A stretch of 64,000 nucleotides of DNA from Macrostomum lignano (taxonomy: Eukaryota), in contig NIVC01000514.1 of NCBI GenBank assembly GCA_002269645.1, positions 186,001 to 250,000 on the forward strand, written 5' to 3'. A program made the position numbers and the translations under genes. Positions 37,101 to 57,213 of the stretch are shown here, one piece after another. The stretch's first letter is position 1. The number at the start of each line of letters is the position of its first letter. The notes beneath the pieces were generated by a model. The model saw nothing but the letters and a program-made list of their open reading frames with translations, made no database searches and was not told the DNA's origin.

Positions 37101-40100
37101 CAGTGGGCTCACAAGGCGGTCGTCATAAATTGATTTTTAATATGCACTTGTATTAATGCCTCCACGCTGTTGTCTATGGTAGAAAGCCTAAAATAACCTA
37201 AAATGAAAAAAATGATACAACCCCAAAGCACAAAAAAATCATAAAATGGAACGCATGGAAAGCACGTAAAAAACATTAAATGTATTAAAATTACAAAGTA
37301 TGCTAGGCAAGAAGCGTTCTCAATCGTATTGTAAAATAAACATGTCATAGGATGGGTCAGGTCAGGGTCACAGTTGCTAGTCCGCAAGGCATAGGTAGTG
37401 ATTGGGTTTAAATGTCATCATTGCAGGAGGACCATGTCGTCGCCAACGACACCGACTGATTTGTATGGCGTGTTAGGCGTGGGTCGGACTGCTAACTCTG
37501 CGGAGATTGAGGCAGCGTGTAGTCGTCTGTACTCAAAGCGGCCCCGCGTCTGTCCTGCCGAGGTAGAGTCTCCGGAGTCTCAGCGAGACGTGATGGCGAT
37601 GTGCGTTTTATCTGACCCAGTGTTTCGGGAAGTATACGATCGGGTTGGAGAGGCAGCGTGTCAAGGGGTGTTAAAGTACGCCTACTTTTTCAATCCTCCC
37701 CCTGACGTTGAGTTGCCCGAGCAGGTCAGGTTAGCTTTGGCTAGTCTTAAGGGAAGCGCCGCAGGGGAAGCTCCAGTTCACGCGGAGATCCCAGCCGAGT
37801 TATTGGCTCCGGCTGCGCTTGCTGAGTGTAGGCGGCTGAGGGGTGCGCTGCTGGCGCGGTTGAGGGCTGGGGATAGTGAAGGAGCTTGCCTGGTGGTTCA
37901 GGAGGTGGCGAGGTTTCTTGATGGGGCTGGTGTGAGTGTGCCTGAGCAGTTGTCTAGATTCTTAGCAGTGTCTGTGTCGTTTCTGTGCAATCAGTATGGG
38001 CGGAAGAGAGGTTCTGGTGGTGGTTCCGGGAGGTGTCGGAGGGTCCCGCCTTCGGTGCTGCAGGCGGCGTTTGAGTGCGTGTTGTTGGCTGTGCGGGGTT
38101 TTGAGCTGTGTGAGTTGGGGGGTCCCTTGTTGGGGAGGCTCCGGGGTCTGTCTCTCTTAGTGGATCCTGGCCTCGCGCGGCGCCCGGAGGAGGGGAGTGA
38201 CGGGCCGCACCTTTCGCAGACTCCGCTGACGGCCCAGCGCGACTTGGCGACCGAAGAGTTAACGGGTGTCGACCCCGAGCAAGTACGACCGGCCGACACG
38301 GTCCAGGAGGTCTCCCCCCGTGACGACCCGAATCAGCGCAAGGTCAGCTCGGCTAAGCGTCTCGTCGATGCAAAGGCATACCTAACGAGGCTGGGCCGGT
38401 CGATTCAGCCCGAGGACCTTCGTGGCGTGCGTCGATGTCTAGCGGCTGTAAACTCGCCGTACTGCCTGCGTCTAGAATGTCCCGTTGTCCGACCACTGCT
38501 GCAAGACCGACGGATCGTGTTCGCCCTGGGCCTGAAGGCCAGTGCTGCACCGTGGTGGCCATCGCTGCGAGACGATGTACGACGATTTCTAGCGGGTAGC
38601 TGGCCGCGTGTCGTGGCGGTCGGCGAAGTCGAGCTCAATTGGGACGCTGAGAGGTCGCAGCGCCAGGACCAGTTAACGGCGGCGATGGAGCAGTTCTTGC
38701 TTGCCAAGGAGTTCGGCCTGCCGGTTTTGTTCCGAGTTGAAGGCGGCGAACCTGCCTGGGCGGTCGCCCTAGGATTCCTCCGGCAGCCGGAGTTTCAAGC
38801 GATGAGCGTCATGCTGGCCGAGGACCTGGACTTGCCGGAGGCCGTCGAGGCCGCGCTGGTGAGCAAGTGCCACGGGGTCTTCTTCGAGGTGTCCGCTCGG
38901 TGCCGAGGATCCCGCGAGCGGTCCAACGGGCTAAGCGTCTCCCGCGGCAGCGCCTGCTAGTGACATCGGCCGCACCGTTTGGTGGAGACCCCAAGGACCC
39001 GACAGCCATCAAGTTCGTGCCGGAAGCCCTAGCGGACAGTGAATGTGATCGCAGGTACTGGACTCGACTGTTTGCGACCAACTGTAGTAGATTTTTTGGC
39101 CGATTGTAGAGTAGAATTGCGTTCTTAAGCCCGTTTTCAATTTTTGCGTACGCAATAGTTCGTGTCCCGTTTTCATTTTTTCGTTTTTGTTTTTTGTAAT
39201 GCCGGCGATATCCACGCGTCGCGTCAAAGTTTTTCTGTTATTTTTCGGCCGTCGTTTTTTGAATTAACTTTTTTTCAGACTTGCTTGTTCATGCGTTGCT
39301 TTTTGCTTGACATCCCCTTTCTCCTCTTCTTTTTCGTGGAGGGGGAGGATGTTGGGCTGCGCCCTTCCAGTGTGTATGTACTCGTACTTTTGTTTTCAGT
39401 TTTCATGCCACCCCGCCCCGTCCCCCGTCTCGCGCCCGGGCCAGGGTTTGTGAGAGGCGTAAGTCTCAACCCTGGCCTAGCCCTTTGCACCCAGCCCCCG
39501 GCCCAATCTCTGTCCAATCTGGGTGCCCCCCCCCTCCCTCGTTGCCCGCCTCACCCTGGGGCTGCTCGTATTGGCTGGCTGGCTGATAAGCCGGCTGGGC
39601 CCCAGGGTTTGGCTCGCCGTCTCCAGTCTGCCCACCCCTTCCCCCTTTTTTGTGTATTATTTAAATGCTAGCCCTGAGCGGGCTGCGCTCCACGTGGCTC
39701 TCTATTGGTGTCCGCTTCGTTCTTACTGTTTTTGCGTTCATCGGCGTACCTCTGCTTCGTGCCAATAAACGCTTCGTTAGTAACTCGATATATCAAGGAG
39801 AGGTGAGCTCGAGCTTTCGTTCTTCTGGGTTGCCGCGTGGGGCCGGGATCTGCAGGGACCTGGGGACGGTGAACTCTCGCCGATCCCAGGGTGTTCGGTC
39901 AGGCGAACTCTCGCCGAACCGAGCGAGACAGGGTAGGAATAGCCGGGGTGAGGGCTGGGACCGGGGTGTCTCAGGCGGGGAGGGCCCGAACCTTGACCCG
40001 TCCAGCGGCCATTAGGCCGAGACACAACACAGACATTCAGTCTGTCAGTGCAGACAGTCAGTCTGTCAGTGCAGACAGTCAGTCAGGGATGCAGACAGTA

Positions 40101-40294
40101 AGCCACCGGTGTCCATCCCCACAGGCTTTCACGAGGTCGAGAGCTACCTGAACGTGACCCTCGGAGTCCGGGACCCCGCCGTGTTCCGCGTGCCACCGGA
40201 GTGCTCGCGGTCCGGCCTGGCGGTCAGCCAGCTGTCCCAGCAGCAGCTCCCCGCCAGCTCCGTGCTGATGAAGAGCTTCCTCCTTGGCTTCTAA
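28134..40294 (+). CDS. Ependymin-related secreted/lysosomal protein; exons 28134-28274, 28796-28991, 29112-29264, 40125-40294
   Basis: Signal peptide, PCCGPRQF, ECRIVAL...PCVP, SCVPIS and the C-terminal YLNVTLGVRDPAVFRVPPEC ependymin signature. Phases are consistent across the 10.9-kb intron. Confidence 0.88.
28286..28542. repeat. 18-bp intronic minisatellite (ACCGCTGGTAGTGCATGG)
   Basis: Direct observation. Confidence 0.92.
29265..31408. repeat. ~21-bp intronic minisatellite (GGGGAGTCTGTCAGCAGTGTA)
   Basis: The first unit starts at the donor GTGAGTCTGTCAGCAG. Confidence 0.95.
31429..32109 (+). repeat. 5' LTR (681 bp)
   Basis: TGTTGGG...CACAACA termini; AATAAA at 31844. Confidence 0.95.
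32112..32129 (+). other. Primer-binding site complementary to tRNA-His
   Basis: TGGTGCCGTGACCAGGAT is the complement of the invertebrate tRNA-His 3' end ATCCTGGTCACGGCACCA, as recalled. Confidence 0.85.
32234..33213 (+). CDS. Gag with two CCHC knuckles; one-base frameshift in the G run at 32839-32843
   Basis: Capsid-like N-terminal part, coiled coil AEIAALKAEVAQLKA, CGRCLQTGHTTARC and CRECGQSGHMRNRC. Adding one G makes the frame continuous. Confidence 0.88.
33159..33223 (+). promoter_or_regulatory. -1 programmed ribosomal frameshift signal (G GGA AAC plus H-type pseudoknot)
   Basis: The heptamer is in gag phase; stem 1 is 33172-33180/33194-33202 and stem 2 is 33186-33192/33217-33223. Confidence 0.8.
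33159..37096 (+). CDS. Pol (protease, RT, RNase H, integrase with GPY/F) in the -1 frame; tail restored by one base near 36885
   Basis: LLDSGAT, YFDD, TDAS..NYCTTRLELLAV, HHCC, DDE core, WKGP. The alternative-frame tail EEEEEF...RRLRERRGVPPAYYG ends at TAA 37096. Confidence 0.92.
37434..39109 (+). CDS. Retroelement ORF3: degenerate DnaJ J-domain + helical region + TatD-like barrel (one-base frameshift near 38918)
   Basis: DLYGVLGV.R.A..AEIEAA..RL...VLSDPVFREVYDRVG is J-domain-like. LVDAKAY, FALGL, VVAVGEVELN, QFLLAKEFGLPV and, after the shift, LPRQRLLVTSAAPF...NCSRFF follow the TatD motif order. Confidence 0.78.
39338..39349 (+). other. Polypurine tract
   Basis: GGAGGGGGAGGA directly before the 3' LTR. 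Confidence 0.9.
39350..40029 (+). repeat. 3' LTR (680 bp)
   Basis: Matches the 5' LTR; the only difference I saw is one C missing in a C run near 39631. Confidence 0.95.
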
Positions 40295-40439
40295 ATTTGT
40301 GGGCTTTGGCGGACAGTTGGTGTTGGTTTTCCATTTTCTAAATTAGCTTTACTTAAAGTAGTATGCTTTTAAATAAGCACAAAAAATGTTTAAGTGGCTT
40401 TTGAAAATGCCAACAACAATAGTATATTGTACCATGACC

Positions 40440-43405
40440 GGGTCTGTATAAAAGCTGGCACTGGCATCACTGGCATCAATGTAGTTAAACAAAAGTTCTA
40501 ATAAATTATAATTAACTAACAACTCGCTGTGTTTTTAGACACAATTTATGTCATTTTTTTACAAATTAATGCAGTAGCTGCTAAGAAAGTTATCCAAAAA
40601 ACTTAAGCTTTATTGATATCTAAAAGATTCAATATTCAACTCATAGCCACTAAATTTTATTATAGGTACACGTACTTATTATGTATGCCGCTGATGATTG
40701 CACGTTTGCATGTATATGAACGGAGCTTAAAGTGTATAAATCTGTGATTTTTACATACACTATACTAATAAATCTTGATTTTACTTAATAAGGTGATTTA
40801 ATTTCATCTGAAGTCATTCGATCAAATACTAAATATTGGAAGCTACATTCGTTCGTGGTTCGTTCAAGTAAAAACCAAGGATAATATAAAAATAACTAAA
40901 CTGAAAGTCAAGGATACAAATTTCGTGGACATAAAATAGCTGCATTGTTCAGGATTTGACTGAAAAATGTACACTCCCTCAATCATGTTTTTATCTGCAT
41001 ATATCAGCCTTGGTATAGTTTGTAGTATCCTTCTTGAAGTTTTGATTTGGCAGCCATATACTTTATAACTGAAAATTTAATGTGTGAAAACTCACACAAT
41101 ATTTGAACGAAAGCACTACGAAACTTACATGAAATAATTAAAATTGGTGATATAAACATTAATTGCAACCATTAAAAATAATTTTAAAAAAGAAATTCAT
41201 AATTTCCAAAAAACAAAAATACTGTTAAAATGAGTAAGAAGCAACATTAACTGCTAAATTGTTGTGTTGTCAAAGTCCCAGAAGAAGCGTTCTAGATGCT
41301 GAAATACACATTGATTTTTTTATTTTGATACAATACAAAAATATGTTAACAACAACCATGCAAACTCTTTCTAATGAAAAATGCAATAAAGGATCAAGGA
41401 ATAAAACTGTAAACATGACAAGAAAAAAACTATTAGTAAAACATAACATGAGATGACATGTAATTTTTTGTGAATTATGAATAGATTTCGTTGATAGTAA
41501 AAATTATTATTAAAAAGATAGCTATAGTATTTTCTCATTAAAAATTCACAAAATGAAGCTAAGTAGTTGCATTTCCATGCTGCTTTTTTACTTACTGAAT
41601 TACAAGGAGCTGGCAAAAGTATAGCCTGAGACTGCCTGCAACCAAAACCAGGTGCGTGTACATCCAGATGTTGTCGCCAGAAGGTCGCTTAAGGAAACAG
41701 AGTCGCAGTGCCCTACTAGTAGGTAACTTCGCATTTGCGTTTTGTTGCGACCTTGCAATTTTCATTCCGCACAATTGTAATTTTTTATTAACTGTGGTTT
41801 AGTCACCATAGTAAAATTTCTATACATGCATATTGTAAAAGGATCGAAGTGATGTGTTACTCTGTATTTATATGGAATTACCTTTTCATGCAATGCATTG
41901 TATGTGTGGCGTGTTGAAAATTATCTAGAACAATTAATTGACTTTGATACATCATTTACTGACGTAATAAGTGTACATAATTGCTTTGAATTGAAAAGAC
42001 GGCCTAATAAAAATAAAATTTAATATTGTGGCCGAGTTACAGCCTACAGTCATCCAGATGCCAGATGGGAGCTAAGACGGATATTCTCTGAGTTAATCAA
42101 CAAATCAGGGCAGATGTAACCGTCTGAGCTAAACAGAATTAAATGTATTTAAGTCATGCAAAGCTGTGTCACGTTATTTGATGTTGGCCGTGACCCTTAA
42201 AAGGGCCGTTTTAGTCCCAAAATAAGTTGAAGTCAACTTAGGCGAAGTGGATGGTGTAGCGGAGCACTTGGCAATAAGGGCAGGAAACTGCCGTAGTCGT
42301 TTTTATTATCAATGTAAATAGTAAGTTTGGTTGTTACTGGCAAATAACAAACTATTGCTTTCTGGGCACTGGCGGCTGCAACAATGGTTTCTTTTAAGGT
42401 AAATTGGATGTGAGTTCAAGCGACAGACGAGTGATATAATGGCGACGTAACGTGATGATCAATGGCAATGAGTACAGTGAAGGCAGTGAGACGTAGTAGG
42501 CAGGCGGATGAGCAGTGGCGAAGTTGGCGTCAGCCGTGGCGTGAGGTAAGGAGGCTCGAGGCAGCCAGACAGAGAGAAGGAAAACAAGGCTAGACAAGGC
42601 TAGGCAAGCCAGACGGGACGGAGGCAAGCCTAAGGAGAGAGAACACAGAACACAAGAACAGGGACGAGCAGGGAGGCGAGGAAGAGAGAAGCACAGATAA
42701 GGACGGCAGTGAGGAGTGCCCGCCGCCAGGCGGGGGTTTAATAAAGGAGCGCAGAGGGAGGGTAGCGCGAAGCACGAGTGATTTTCATTGGCTGGCGAGA
42801 GAACTTAAAATTATCGATCGTGCCAATTTTATACGGTCGCGAGAGAGGATAGCAAAATATACAGTGAATTAGAAATTGCCACAAATCGTTGGGCACTACT
42901 ACAAGTAAACGTCGCAATAAACAAATGGAAAAGTTTAGTTGAAACGGTGAAACTGAAGGGTTGAAACTATAGAGAAACAGCAGTCCGACGGCCCTTTTTG
43001 GGACCACCTTAAACTGGCAACGTCACAGCTGATATGAAAGAAATCAAAGGTGGATACATGCACTCAATGTGCCATAAAGCAGTATGTATACAGGTTACAT
43101 ATATACAGTTAAAGATGTGTAGCAATTTTTGTAATACTACTAGTAGTAAAAAGGAAAGTGGTTCAAGTAATTCAAGACACGCGCACTGTTCAACGATAAG
43201 AAAGAACTGTATTTTGTTTACTGGGAAATTGTAATTCATTTTATGATTTTACACAAATTTAAATTTTGTGCCGCATAGGAGCAAAGGCAGAGTGCAAAAA
43301 ACGGAGTTCATAGAGAGGCTCGAGAAAATGATAACGATAAAAATGTCATGAAAAATGTCACGATGCCAGTATGCCAGTGTCTGTTGCCAGCTTTTATACA
43401 GACCC
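40440..43405. mobile_element. Non-autonomous Mutator-like (MULE) TIR element, 2966 bp
   Basis: Perfect 21-bp TIR GGGTCTGTATAAAAGCTGGCA, 10-bp TSD TACCATGACC (40430-40439 and 43406-43415), subterminal ACTGGCAT repeats; no transposase ORF. Confidence 0.85.
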
Positions 43406-44303
43406 TACCATGACCTTTGTGCCCGCTGGGCACTTATTCTTGCCTTTTAATGCCATAGACTACATTTAAGCCCGCTTGCAGGAGTCAAACTTACTTTAAG
43501 TGTACTTACTTTGTCTCACTTTGTCAAGGACACAAATGTCTATGGCACAACGGCGCCCTTTGATTTCCCCATTAACACCCTTAAAGCATGGGTATTAATG
43601 TACTATTACAGAATTATGATAACATCATAGACATTTTTCCAACGCGCTCCCATTACATAAGTAAGCTCAGGGCGATTGGCTGTCAATAAATTCAATAAAT
43701 TCGTCAAACCAGTGGTCTTATATGGTATATATTTTAGCGCGAGGAGTCTATGGTCCAATGTGACGAAGTGATTCAAAGCTGACGCTATCACCATCACTGA
43801 TGCAGCAAATAACTTGAAAATGTACAAACATACAAGATTTTCATTTTTAGTATATGGATAGAGGCAACTACTCACTCTTAAATACCCAACACAGTCGTTT
43901 TTGTGAACGGCATCAAATCAACATTTCTCTATGGTTAATATTTACAATTTTAATATGTCCAAAGGGGTATAAATATATTAATAAATTAATTCTCTGATGA
44001 ATTTTGAGCTTTCATTCCAAATCTCTACCTATAAAAATCAAAACTCTGTGTGTCTGTCTGTGTGTGGACAATTTTGATCGCTATGGACTCCCAAACCGCT
44101 CAACCAAATGACACCAAACTTTACACCCACCCTAAACTTACTACGGAGAATGTCTTAGGCTACCTTTTAATTTCCTAAATTTGAGTCTTCCTACCTAAAA
44201 GTGCAAAAATCTGCTCAAAATGCGCAATTTTTTCACTAAATCCTCCATAGCGCCGCTCCACTTCTACCGATTCTCTTCAAATTTGACACAGATAATCTCT
44301 CTC

Positions 44304-47111
44304 TCCTAATACTAAAACCGACGCGATGTTTGTCTGTCTGTATGTCTGTCTGTCTGTATGTTGTAAGTGAACTCCTACAATTCTGCCAAGTCAGCGTCGA
44401 AACTTATATGGGAAAACTGCAAATTTTCCGGAGCAGGCTTTAGGCTATTTTAATTTTTAATTTTCCAATTTTAACATCCCTAAAAAAGCAGAAAACTGCT
44501 TTTTAAACCCCCAATAACCTTCTTTGGCCACTCTGCCTGGGGCTGCAGCCAGTTTGTAAAAATAGCCACCCCAACCTCCGCCCGCGGGCCGCTGTGTATT
44601 GAGGGGTGGTGGGTGCGCGTGTTCTGGGTTCAATGCAAATAAAACCCCCTGCGTGTTGGGGGGTTGAGTTTAATTTAATGCTTCCCCCAGAACGGGGGTT
44701 GGGCTTGGGCTGAGTGTACATAGCAGTTGTACAGTGTAAGGAGATAGCTAGGACTGTGTCGAGATTTAATTGGTTTTATTATCGGCGGCATTCAATAGGC
44801 AGCCATGTGTATTTGCTGGGCAGTAAAATTTAATGAATAAACTTGCGAGCCTCTTTAGCAGGCTGTGAACGTACACTCGATACTTTAATGCTTTAAATCA
44901 GGAAATTTCAAGCGCTAACTGTTCCTCGAGTTTTAAACTTTCAGAGGAGAGACTTATATTACTGGAAAGATCTTGCAATACTGAGTTCGGGGATATAAGT
45001 TGTTTGCTTTAAATGTGAAAACAAAAAGCACAGCATTTAAAAAACGATTTCCATACTTTTAACTTTCGGCAGTGTACTCATTTTGGAGTTCAATGGGGGT
45101 TCGACCAACCCCCCAACAGTTGGTGGGAGGGGGGGGGGTTCAACTTTTAATTGCCACTGCGTATTGGAAGGGGGTCAGTCGCTGTGTATTGGAGGGTTGA
45201 TTTAGTTTGCGCAATCTTTTTGTTAACTTTTACCGAGACTGATACTGACTGACTGTGAAATCGGTTGCGCATTCAATTAATTCAATTGGTTCAACATGCT
45301 GCTGCGTTGTAGCTCTAACCCTAACCCTAACCCTAACCCTAACCACGAAATCCTGAGAGTTGATTCTTTTTTATGGAGAAAATTTCGATTCAGTCCAGTT
45401 TCTGTTTCTGTTTCTGTTTCGATTTCTGTTTCGCGGAGACGATTTTGATGGATGTCAGTTTCACGGAGAGGATTTCCATGGAGTCCAGTTTCACGGAGAG
45501 GATTTCTATTTCTCGGAGGGGATTTTGATGAATGTCAGTTTCACGGAGAGGTGTTTGATGGAGTTCTCTTTTACGGAGAAGATTTCGATGATGTTCAGTT
45601 TCGCGGAGAGGAGTTGGATGATGGGATTCAGGGAATGGCATTTCAGGGAATGGAGTACCGGTGATGGGAATTCTTCCCCTTTCTCCTCCAGAGGAGGAAT
45701 TGGCCTCGTCCTAATACTAAAACCGACGCGATGTTTGTCTGTCTGTATGTCTGTCTGTCTGTATGTTGTAAGTGAACTCCTACAATTCTGCCAAGTCAGC
45801 GTCGAAACTTATATGGGAAAACTGCAAATTTTCCGGAGCAGGCTTTAGGCTATTTTAATTTTTAATTTTCCAATTTTAACATCCCTAAAAAAGCAGAAAA
45901 CTGCTTTTTAAACCCCCAATAACCTTCTTTGGCCACTCTGCCTGGGGCTGCAGCCAGTTTGTAAAAATAGCCACCCCAACCTCCGCCCGCGGGCCGCTGT
46001 GTATTGAGGGGTGGTGGGTGCGCGTGTTCTGGGTTCAATGCAAATAAACACCCCCGCGTGTTGGGGGTTGAGTTAAATTTAATGCTTCCCCCAGAACGGG
46101 GGTTGGGCTTGGGCTGAGTGTACATAGCAGTTGTACAGTGTAAGGAGATAGCTAGGACTGTGTCGAGATTTAATTGGTTTTATTATCGGCGGCATTCAAT
46201 AGGCAGCCATGTGTATTTGCTGGGCAGTAAAATTTAATGAATAAACTTGCGAGCCTCTTTAGCAGGCTGTGAACGTACACTCGATACTTTAATGCTTTAA
46301 ATCAGGAAATTTCAAGCGCTAACTGTTCCTCGAGTTTTAAACTTTCAGAGGAGAGACTTATATTACTGGAAAGATCTTGCAATACTGAGTTCGGGGATAT
46401 AAGTTGTTTGCTTTAAATGTGAAAACAAAAAGCACAGCATTTAAAAAACGATTTCCATACTTTTAACTTTCGGCAGTGTACTCATTTTGGAGTTCAATGG
46501 GGGTTCGACCAACCCCCAACAGTTGGTGGGAGGGGGGGGGGTTCAACTTTTAATTGCCACTGCGTATTGGAAGGGGGTCAGTCGCTGTGTATTGGAGGGT
46601 TGATTTAGTTTGCGCAATCTTTTTGTTAACTTTTACCGAGACTGATACTGACTGACTGTGAAATCGGTTGCGCATTCAATTAATTCAATTGGTTCAACAT
46701 GCTGCTGCGTTGTAGCTCTAACCCTAACCCTAACCCTAACCCTAACCACGAAATCCTGAGAGTTGATTCTTTTTTATGGAGAAAATTTCGATTCAGTCCA
46801 GTTTCTGTTTCTGTTTCTGTTTCGATTTCTGTTTCGCGGAGACGATTTTGATGGATGTCAGTTTCACGGAGAGGATTTCCATGGAGTCCAGTTTCACGGA
46901 GAGGATTTCTATTTCTCGGAGGGGATTTTGATGAATGTCAGTTTCACGGAGAGGTGTTTGATGGAGTTCTCTTTTACGGAGAAGATTTCGATGATGTTCA
47001 GTTTCGCGGAGAGGAGTTGGATGATGGGATTCAGGGAATGGCATTTCAGGGAATGGAGTACCGGTGATGGGAATTCTTCCCCTTTCTCCTCCAGAGGAGG
47101 AATTGGCCTCG
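44304..47111 (+). repeat. Two near-identical ~1.4-kb family B units (44304-45708, 45709-47111)
   Basis: Start TCCTAATACTAAAACCGACGCG and end with hairpin CTCCTC-CA-GAGGAG plus CTCG; duplicated ORFs are offset by 1403 bp. Confidence 0.9.
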
Positions 47112-56146
<9,035 letters not shown>

Positions 56147-57213
56147 TACCAATATAAAGAGGAACTATAATTCGCTACGAAAACATTCCTGGTGGAGAAA
56201 TATGCGGACTCTCTACGGGCGAGTTGGCTTTTGTCACCCAAGAGTTGAGTTTCGGTGCACTGAGATTTTGTTTTACTCAATTTGAGGCAGTAGGAAATCC
56301 GTACCTATGAGAAGATAAGCTCAATGAGCTGAGAGAGCTTAAACGAGAAGGAATTCCGAAGTCGTTGCTTGATAAAAAAGCGGTCTAAGGAGGCTACGCC
56401 ATAATTTTTTGCGAAATTCAATGGGATGTTTCAGAATTGCACGTTGAATCTATCTGGTTTGGTGAGCTGTTGTTTTTTAGATTGAAACTATCTTGTAGCA
56501 GTTCATTAGTTCAGCTAAACCACATTAAACGCTTTAAGTACCCAAACTTGGTGCATGGTTTGCAGGGTCAATGGCGATAAACTGCCGATTGGGGTGCCAT
56601 GAGTTCTCTGTTGCGCCTGTTGACAGAGCAGTCAGCTCGTATCTGGCGGAAGTCGGTCCTCGTGTTGACGTAGGACCGATTAGCCATCTAACTGAGCCGA
56701 AATTGTAGGCTCGCAAAGTTTCGACGGCTTCTGAGTTGTGTCAGAGCTTGCCAAATTATATTGAGCATTGAGCATTTGTGCCACCTCTGACGCGTTCTGA
56801 TGATGGCGTTTAAAAGCCGCAGATGCGGAAGCATCAATCAGTTGGATGTGGGAAATTCGCTAAGCCAGGGGATGCAGCAGAGCTTGCGAGCTGCGAGCCA
56901 AACAGCGGCAGTTTGTGTAACCAAACAGGCATGCAGTACTTTTTCTGACTGGTTCGGACTGGATTTTTGATTACCTCAGGGCTTGGTGGGAAAGGGCAGC
57001 CTGCATCGCCCGCCCAGGCCGGATGCCCGCATGCCAGCCTATGCGCTGGTCGAGGTAGGAAAGGGAAGCGCAGCTGGTGGCCAATGGTGATGAACTGCCA
57101 ACTGGGATAGCTGGAATGCTTTGTACAATGCTATTAAATGCCTCGCTGTGAAGCGTCGCTGAGGACTCACTGAGGCGTCACTTGGAGTTTCCAGAGCCGC
57201 AACTCCCGCCAAG

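Larger units (their letters stand above)
31429..40029 (+). mobile_element. Full-length Ty3/Gypsy LTR retrotransposon (8.6 kb) with a third ORF
   Basis: Two near-identical LTRs, 4-bp TSD CAGA (31425-31428 and 40030-40033), PBS, PPT, gag, pol and ORF3. Confidence 0.97.

Noticed and set aside
43606-43875. Possible decayed Mutator transposase (ISDGDS in an alternative frame)
   Set aside because: One short motif among several stops; insufficient evidence.
45070-45159. CAGTG...CACTG mini-TIR inside family B
   Set aside because: Only 5-bp ends and no TSD.
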